From the human T2T-CHM13v2.0 reference genome, Homo sapiens, in assembly GCF_009914755.1 (NCBI RefSeq), contig NC_060927.1: 64,000 nt of DNA; one strand, written 5' to 3'. Below are positions 54,898 through 64,000 of the stretch, piece by piece; positions within the stretch are counted from its first letter, which is position 1; every line of letters starts with the position of its first letter. The notes under the pieces are model-generated. The model made no database searches, was not told where the DNA came from, and was given only the letters and a program-made list of their open reading frames with translations. A program made the position numbers and the translations under genes.

Positions 54898-57800
54898 GGC
54901 AGAGCAAGATGGCTGAATAGACACCCCCAGCAGTTGACCCCTGACAGGAACACCAAATTGAAAAACTATCCACACAAAAAAGCACCTTCATGAGAACCAA
55001 AAATCAGGCGAGTGATCACTGGTTTTAACATCATATCAAGAAAAAAATGCACTGAAGAAGGTAGGAAATACAGCCTTGAATTACTGATGCTACCCCTCCC
55101 CATTCCCTGGATGCAGACATGTGGCATGAAGAGACAATCTGTGTGCTTCGGGAAAGAAGAGCACATAGACTGTGGAACTTTGCATTGGAACTCAGTGATG
55201 CCCTCTTATAGTGGGAAGCAATACAGGACAGAACTCAGTCAGCACCTACAGATGGAGAATTTAGACCAGCTCTAGCCAGAGTCAAATCGTCCACCCAGTA
55301 GTTGGAACATGAGTTCTGGCAATCCCTGCCACTGTGGGCTAAAAGGTAGTGAGGTCCTAAATAAAAGGCAATCTTGGAAGACAATCTAGACCATAAGGAC
55401 TTGAAAGGCAAACTTGAAAGACAATCTAGATCATATGGACTGCAATTCTTGGGCAAGTCCTGGTGCTGTGCTGGGCCCAGAGTCAGTGGACTTGGAAGGT
55501 ATGTGACATAGTGAGACACCAGCTGGTGCAGCCAAGGAAGTGCTTGTGTCAGCTCTCCCCCAATCCCAGGCTGCAGTGAAGCTCATAGCTTCAGGAGAGA
55601 CTCCTTCCCTTAGCTTGAGGAGAGGAGAGGGAAGAGTAAAGAGGACTTTGTCTTGCAACTTGAATACCTGTTCAGTCACAGTAGGAGAGGGCACCAGGCA
55701 GATTCCTGAGGCCCGCATTCCAGGCCCTAGCTCCTGGATAACATTTCTAAACACACTTTGTGTCAGAAGGGAACCGATTGCCTTGAAGGGAAGGACACAG
55801 TTCTTGAAGTATTCATTCCCTGCTGCCTAGAGAGATCTTGGACTCATCAGTAGTGGTATCCAGGCAGTACTTGCAGTGGGACTTAGGAGTGACTCAGAGC
55901 TGTGCTGGTTTCAGGTGTGACCCCGTGAATTCCCAACTACGGTAACAATGTGAAGAGACCCCTTCTGCTTGCGAAAAGATAAGGAAGAATAATGGGGACA
56001 ATGTCTTACAGCTTGGTTACCAGCTCAGCTGCAATGGAGCAGAGGACCAAGCAGGCTCCTCCAGTTCCCGATTCCAGACCTTGGCTCCTGGTTGACTTTT
56101 TTGGCCCTACCTTGGGCCAGGAGGTTCCATTGCCCTGAAGGGAGAGACCCCTGCCTGGCAGCATTCACCATAAGCCGATTGAAGAGCCTTTGGCCTTGAG
56201 TGAATATTGGCAGTAGCCAAGCAGTACTTGCTATGGGCCTGGGATAGTGGTGGCCAAAAGGAGAAACTCCTATGCTTGAATCTTAAAATATGTCAGTGGC
56301 ATGACATTTAAAGTGGAAAGGGGAGGGAAGAGTGGGAAAGACTTTGTCTTAAGCTTGGGTACCAACTCAATTGTAATAGAATAGAGCACCAGGTAGATCC
56401 CAAAAGTTACCAAATCCGGGCCCTGTCTCCTGGACAGCATCTCCAAACCTTCTCAGGGCTAGGGGACCATGCTGCTCTGAAAGGAAGGACACAAGCCTGG
56501 CTGGATTTTTACCTACTGATTGTAGAGTTCTAGGACCTTGAATGAACATAGGAAATAGGCAGGGAGTGGACAGTGTGGGCCTTAAGTGAGACCCAGTGCT
56601 GTGTTGGCATTTAGTCTGACCAAAGACAGTTCCAGTGGTAATGGCCAAAGGAGTGCTCATGTCACCATCTTCCAGCTCCAGGCAGCTCAGCACAGACAGA
56701 GACTACATTTGTTTGAGAGAAAGTGAGGAAAGAACAAGAGTCTATGGTCATCCAGGGAATTCTCCTGGCTCTAACCCAAGACCGCACAGGTTGTACCTCT
56801 ATAAGTTTGCAAGAGCCATTCAATTACTGGGCTTGGAGTGTCCTGTGAAGCTGGTATGACTGCAGTGAGAATACCTAAATCACAATGCCCAAGTCACTTT
56901 AAATACCTGGAAAACCTTCCCAAGAAGAAAAGGTTCAAACAAGCCCACACCGTGACAAATAAAATGAGTAGCTAACTCTTCAATGCCCAGACGCCAATGA
57001 ACATCCACAAGCATCAAGAACATCCAGGAAAACATGACTTCACCAAACAAACTAAATAAGGTGCCAGGGACCAATTCTAAAGAGACAAAGATATATAACC
57101 TCAAACGGAGAATTCAAAATAACTGTTTTGTAGAAGCTCAATGAAATCCAACACAGAGGAGGAATTCTAATCCTGTCAGATAAATTTAACAAAGAGATTG
57201 AAATAATTAAAAGTAATCAAGCAGAAGTTCTAGACCTGAAAAATTCAATTGACATACTGAAGAATGCATAAGAGTCTCTTAACAGCAGAATTCATCAATC
57301 AGAAGAATCAGCGAGCTTGAAAATTATTTGAAAATACAGTAAAAAGAGACAAAACTGGAAAGAATAAAAAAGAAGAATACATCCTGCCTATGAGAGCTAG
57401 AAAATAGTCTCAAAAAGGAAAATCTAAGCGTTACTGGCCTAAAAGAAGAAGCAGGGAGAGCGATTTGGGTAGAAAGTTTATTCAAAGTAATAATAATAGA
57501 GAACATTCCAAACCTAGAGAAAGATATTAATATCCAAGTACAAGAACATTATAGACCACCAAGCAGATTTAACCCGAAGAAAATTACCTCGAGGTGTTTA
57601 ATAATCAAACTCCCAAAGTCCAGGATAAAGAAAGAATCCTAAAAGCAGCATGAGAAAAGGAACCAATCACATGCAATGGAGCTCCAATACATCTTGCAGT
57701 AGACTTCTCAGTGAAAACGTTACAGAGCAGGAGACAGGTGAAGTTTACACTGAGAAACTTTAAATATGTCTCTGGCATGACATATTTAAAGTTCTGAAGA

Positions 57801-60800
57801 AAAAAAGATGTATCCTATAATAGTAAATGCAGTAGAAATATCCTTCAAACATGAAGGCTTAATAAAGACTTTCCTAGAAAAACAAAAAACAGAGGAATTT
57901 TATCAACACCAGGCCTGTTCTACAAGAAATGCTAAAATGAATTCCTCAGTGTGAAAGAAAAGTATGTTAATGAGCAATTAGAAATCATCTAAAGGTGCAA
58001 AACTCATTGGTAATAGTAAGTACACAGAAAAGCACAGAATATTGTAGTAATCTCATTGTGGTGTGTCAATTATTCATTTCTTTAGTGGAAAGATTAAATG
58101 ATGAAATAACCAAAAATAACAATGAAGACAACTTTTACATACATAGAGAGTACAATAAGATATAAATACAAACAACAAAAAGTTAAAAAGAGTGGGGAAG
58201 AAGTTTGTGTTGAGTCTTTATTAGTTTTCTGTTTGCTTTCTTATAAAATCAGTGTTGTTATCAGTTTAAAATAATGGGTTATAAGATATTATTTGCAAGT
58301 GTCACAGTAACTACAAGTTAAAAAATATACGATAGATATGAAAAAACATAAAAAGCAGGAAATTAAAACATACCACCAGAGAAATCACCATCACTAGAAG
58401 GAAGACAAAAAGGAAGAAAGAAGAGAAGACCATATAACAGCCAGAAAAAATAAGAAAATGGCAGAAGTATGTACTTACTTATAATTAATAATACTGAATG
58501 TAAATGAACTAAACTCTCCAATCAAAAGACACAGAGTAGCTGCATGGATAAAAAACAAGACCCAATGATCTGTTGCCTATAAGAAACACACTTCGCCTGT
58601 AAAGGCACCCATAGACTAAAAATAAAGGGATGGAAAAAGATATAATGGAAACCGAAGAAGAGTATAAGTAGCTATACTTATATCAGACAAAATAGATTTC
58701 AATACAAAAACTGTAAAAAGAGGCAAATAAAATTATTATTTAATGATAAAGGGGTCAATTCTGCAAGAGGATATAATAATTTTAAATATGTATACACCCA
58801 ACACGGGAGTACTCGGAGATATAAAGCAAATATTATTAGAGCCAAGGACAGAGACAGACCCCAATACAGTAATAGCTGGAAACCATTAACACGCCATATT
58901 CAGCTTTAGGCAGATCATCAGGACATAAAATCAACAAAGAAACATTGGACTTAATCTGCACAATAGAACAAATGGACCTAATAGATATTTACATAACATT
59001 TTATCCAATGGCTTCAGAATACACATTCTTCTCAGCATATGGGTCATTCTCAAACATAGATCATAGTTAGGCCACAAAATAAATCTGAAAAAATTCAAAA
59101 AATTGAAATCATATCCAGTATCTTCTTTGACTACAGTGGAATAGAACTAGAAATCAATAACAGAGGAATATTGGAAATTGGACAAACAAATGGAATTAAA
59201 CAATATGCTCCTGAATGACCAGTGGGTCAATGAAGAAAGAAGGAAGGAAACTAAAAAACTTCTTGAAACAAATGAAAATGAAAACACTGCATACCAAAAC
59301 CTATGGAATAAAACAAACTCAGTACTAAGAGGAAAGTTTATAGTAGTAAGCACCTACATCAAAAAACATCAAATAAAAAACCTAATAATGCATCTTAAAA
59401 AGCTAGAGGAGTAAGAGCAAACCAAATGCAAAATTAGTAGAAGAAAAGGAATAGTAAAGATCAGAGCAGAAATAAATGAAATTGAAAGGAAGAAAACACT
59501 ACAAAAGATCAATGAAAAAAGCTGTTTTTAAAAATATAGACAAAACTGACAAACTTCTAGCTCGATTAGCCAAGAAAAAAGAGAGAAGGCCCAAACAAAT
59601 AAAATCAGAGATAAAGAGGGAGACATCACAGCCAATACCAAAGAAATATAAAGTATCATTAAAGGTTACATGAGCAAATTTATACCAATAAATTGGAAAA
59701 CCTTCAAATGGCATATTCCCAGACACATACAACTTTCCAAGACTGAACCATGAAGAAATTCAAAACCAGAGCAGATTAGTAACAAGTAATACGATTGAAG
59801 CCATAATAAAAACTCTTCCAGCAACAAAAAAGTTCAGGACCTGATGGGTTCACTGCTGAATTTTACCAAAGATTTCAAGAAGAACTAATACAGATCTTAC
59901 ACGAACTATTCTGAAAAATTGAGGAGGAGGGAATACTTCCAAACTCATTTTATGAGGTCAATATTACTCTAATATCAAAACCAGAAAAAGACAAATCAAA
60001 AAATAAAACTACAGGTCAATATATCTGATGAACATTGATGCAAAAATCCTCAACAAAATGCTAGCAAACCAAATTCAACAACACATTAAAAAGGTCATTC
60101 ATCATGACCATGTGCATCCCAGGGATGCAAGGATGGTTGAACATATGCAAATTAGTCAATATGATATATCAATAGAATGAAAGAGAAAAATCATATGATC
60201 ATTTTAATCAAGGCTGAAAAAGCATTTGATAAAATTCAACAACCATTCATAATAAAAACTCTAAAAAAACTGGGTATGGAAGGAACATACCTCAACACGG
60301 TATAAACCATATACAACAGACTCAAAGCTTGTATCACACTAAATGGGGAAAAACTGAAAGCCTTTCCTTTAAGATCTGGAACGTGACAAGGATGCTCACT
60401 TTCATCACTGTTATTCAACATGGTACTGGAAGTCCTAGCTAGAGCAATCAGACAAGAGAAAGAAAGAGCATCCAAGTTGTAAAAGAAGAATTCAAATTAT
60501 CCTTGTTTGCCGATGATATTATCTAGTGTTTGGAAAAACCTAAAGACTCCAACAAGAAACTTAGAACCAATAAACAAATTCAGTTATACTGTAGGATACC
60601 AATCAACATACAAAAATCAATACCTTTCCTATATGCCAATAGCAAACAATCTGAAAAAATTTAAGAAATTAATCTCATTCAAAGTAGTTACAAATAAAAT
60701 GCAATATCAAAGAAATGAAAGATCTCTACAATAAAAGTATAAAACATTGATGCAAGAAATTGGAGAACACCCAAAAATTGGAAAGATATTTCAAGTTCAT

Positions 60801-62399
60801 GGATTGGAAGAATCAATATTATTATAGTATCCGTTCTACCCAAAGCCATCTTGAAATTCAATGCAATCCCTATCAATATAGCAATGATATTCTTAATAGA
60901 AATAAAAAAATATCTTAAAATTTACATAGAATTACAAAAGACCCAGAAGAGTCAGTGTTATCCTGAGCAAAAAGAACAAAACCAGAGGAATCACATTACC
61001 TGACTTCACATTATACTACATAGTTATTGTATCCAAAACATCATGGTACTGGCATAAAAATAGACACATAGAACAATAAATCAGAATAGAGAACCCAGAT
61101 ATAAGTTTATACGTCTGCAGTGAATTCATTTTTGTCAAAGGTGGCAAGAACATACACTGAGGAAAGAACAGTCTCTTCAATAAGCAGTGATGGGAAAACT
61201 GGATATCCATATGCAGAAGAATAAAACTAGACTTTGATCACTTGCCATATGCAAAAATAAAATCAAAATGGATTAAAAACTTAAATATAAGACATCCAAC
61301 TATGAAACTACTAAAATTCACTGGAGAAACTCTCCAGGACATTGGACTGGGCAAAGATTTCTTGAGTAATATCCCACAAGCACAAGCAACCAAAGCAAAA
61401 ATGAACAGATGGGATCACATCAAGTTAAAAAGCTTCTGGACAGCAAAGGAAACAGTCAACAACATAAAGAGAAAGCTCATGTAATAGGAGAAAATATTTG
61501 GAAACTACTCATCTGACCAAAAATTAATAACCAGAATATATAAGGAGCTCAAACAACCCTACAGAAAAAAATCTAATAGTCTAATTTATAAAGGGAGAAA
61601 AGATATTAATAGCGATTTCTCAAAAGAAGATACACAAATGGCAATCAGGTATATGAAAAGGTGCTTGACATCACTGATTATCAGAGAAATGCAACTGAAT
61701 ACTACAATGAGATATTATCTTACCCCAGGTAATATAGCTTATATCCAAAAGATAGGCAACAACAAATGCTGACGAGGATGTGGAGAAAAGGGAACCTTCA
61801 TACACTGTCGGTGGGAATGTTATTTAGTACAGCCACCATGGAGAACAGCATGCAGGTTCCTCAAAAGACTAAAAAAATACCATATAATCCCGCAATACCA
61901 CTGTTAGATATATGTCCCAAATAAAGGAAATCAGTATATCAAAGAGATGGAACTGGACATCATTATGTTAAGTGAAATATGCCAGGCACAAAAAGACAAA
62001 TATTCATATATTCTCACTTATCTGTGGGAGCTCAAGAAGGTAAAACAATTGACCTCATGGAGGTAGAGTGTAGAATGATGGTTACCAGAGGCTGGGAAGT
62101 GTATTGGATGAGGTGGGGTGGGGGGAGTGGGATGTGGGGATAATTAGTGGGTACAAAAATACAGTTAGATCAGTTAGATAGAATAAATAAGATTTAGTAT
62201 TTGATTGCACAGCATGGTGACTGCAGTCAACAATAATTTATTGTACATTTAAAAATAACTAAAAGTATAATTGGATGGTTGTAACAGAAAGAATAAATGC
62301 TTGAGGTGATGGATACCCTATTTATCCTGATGTGATTATGATGTATTATATGCCTGTATCAAAACATCCCATGTACCCTATGTGTGTGTGTGTGTGTAG

Positions 62400-62435
<36 letters not shown>

Positions 62436-62523
62436 ATATAACCCTCTCTATATATAGGGTACATGAGACACAAAAATTACATATATATACCTGCTATGTA
62501 CCCACAAAAATTAACAATAAAAG
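54898..62523 (+). mobile_element. Full-length L1MA2/L1MA3-type LINE-1 (~7.6 kb, ORFs disrupted)
   Basis: 5' ggcagagcaagatggctgaatag; repeated 5'UTR subunits; ORF1 ~57000-57970; ORF2 ~58460-61980; 3'UTR aataaatgcttgaggtgatggatacc..gtacccacaaaaatt. Confidence 0.92.
62381..62456. repeat. Compound (TG)/(TA) microsatellite in L1MA 3'UTR
   Basis: Read directly. Confidence 0.9.
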
Positions 62524-63374
62524 AAAACATGTTCTCTAAAATGATTAATTATAATTGAGCAATTACTATTGATGTAAGGATGGGTAGATTTTTTTGCATG
62601 AAACTGGAAAGCTCAATTCAAACTGGTGTTCCTTTTTGAACAAAAGGCAACAGCAAGGTATTCTAAATTATTTTGGAAATCAGTACTAGGTGAATCATGA
62701 GTAGAAAAGCCTAAATATTATAGAACTAACATTGAGTTACAAGTCATTGACTAGTCTCTGATGCAAAGCGATATACTAAAGTAAGAAAATAATAAGTATA
62801 GAGGCTTTACCTTAAGATGTGTTCTTTTCAGTTGACACTGTGTCCCATGTACTTCCTTTATTGTATTATGGCAGCCTATCGTTACCATTTGTTGTATCAA
62901 CTCAAAAGGCTAGGGCCATATTCCAAACATCTCCACCTTCCTCTAAAAAGCAGTTATAAATCCACAATCCACTAATGTACATGTATATACATTATAGATT
63001 AGGTTAACATACACAAAATGACTTGCTTCACTAACTAGGAGTAGCAATATATCATATCTCTTTTATTTTGCCAATTAATCATTCAAACAACAGTAGTTTC
63101 CTATTAGCAGGAAGTCTAACATTTCCTGATGGAGTGCTTCTTCTTCCTTGTCATTCCGGGTTGTTCAGCTGGCTTTCTCAGGCCAAAAGCTAGCAGTCAT
63201 ATTTCCAAGATAATTGCAAATTTGCATTAATCTTCTACGTATAGTTTCTTATTGCCATATGATGCCACTATTGAAGCTTAGTCCTGTCCAGTTCCATAAA
63301 TGTTCACCAGTTTGTGGTGATACCTTTCTGGTCTAAGTTCCTACATTGTTTTCCCTGCACTCTTGGGTTTAATG

Positions 63375-63625
63375 TAGAGGGTTCCTGGTTAAGATTCTGA
63401 GTTCTGTAGTCCTGTGAACTGAATTTGAATATTGCCTTTGCTTCTTTTTAGCTGTGTGACTAAAGTCAAGTTATTGAACTTTCTGAGCCTCAGTTTCCTC
63501 CTCTATAAAATGAAGATAATAATAGAACTTATCTGATAGTGGTGTTGTGAAAATTAAATGAGACAACACATATCAAGCAAACTGCCTGGCACCTCCAAGA
63601 TTTGCAGGAAATGTGTGCCCTTACT
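63375..63625 (+). mobile_element. MIR (MIRb-like), near full length
   Basis: agctgtgtgac..caagttattgaactttctgagcctcagtttcctcctctataaaatg..gttgtgaaaattaaatgaga..tgcctggcac. Confidence 0.85.
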
Positions 63626-64000
63626 ATCACTATGACTGCTACTATTATTAGTGATGCAGTAATCCTTTCCAGGAGGATAGCAACATTTCAAGTTTGCTGT
63701 AGTGCAAAGCTTAGTGTCTTCAGTATTTTCCTATTGGAGAGAAACTGGGGTCTCTATGCAAATTAGTCTACCTTGAGCCCATGGCTCTCCGTACTGCAGC
63801 AATTGACCTCCTGTTTGTACATTTCTCCAAGAAAAATGGGAAAGTTTATGATAGGCAACTCATGGATAATTAAATTTGAATGGTCAGTACATATAATCTT
63901 ACTAGTAACTCAGGAAAATACAAATTGGATAAAAACGAGATAATTTTCTATACCCAATTCATCTACAAAAATAAATTTCTGATAACATCAATCTGTAGAG

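Noticed and set aside
54870-62530. TSDs for the two L1MA elements and for the L1PA at 40984
   Set aside because: Only weak partial matches; no duplication could be called with confidence

Overview
Human (not prokaryotic) genomic DNA: AT-rich, L1-dense and mostly transposable-element relics. The species call rests on two near-consensus AluYb-lineage elements (AluYb9-type at 1.3 kb, AluYb8 at 26.1 kb), a human-specific lineage. No intact protein-coding gene, RNA gene or CRISPR array is supported; the ORF track is almost all L1/Alu/LTR debris or random short ORFs. The main architecture is (i) a ~20-kb nested stack at 19.5-39.5 kb, where a minus-strand L1MA2/3-type element hosts an L1PA12-like fragment, two Alus, a full-length L1PB1 and a tail-less L1+MSTA block; (ii) a second full-length L1MA2/3-type element on the plus strand at 54.9-62.5 kb; (iii) a MER11 (HML-8) solo LTR with a 6-bp TSD between them; and (iv) many MaLR LTRs, DNA-transposon fossils, L2 and MIR. 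The less ordinary signals are recurrent short fold-back (inverted, locally templated) insertions, one copied ~1.5 kb away; a ~205-bp direct duplication bracketing a MER8-containing segment; L1 pieces with no 3' end; a twin-primed L1MA; and weak candidates for minus-strand non-coding exons. I found no convincing evidence of a new biological system. Subfamily names come from recalled consensus motifs, not from an alignment, and boundaries without a TSD are approximate.
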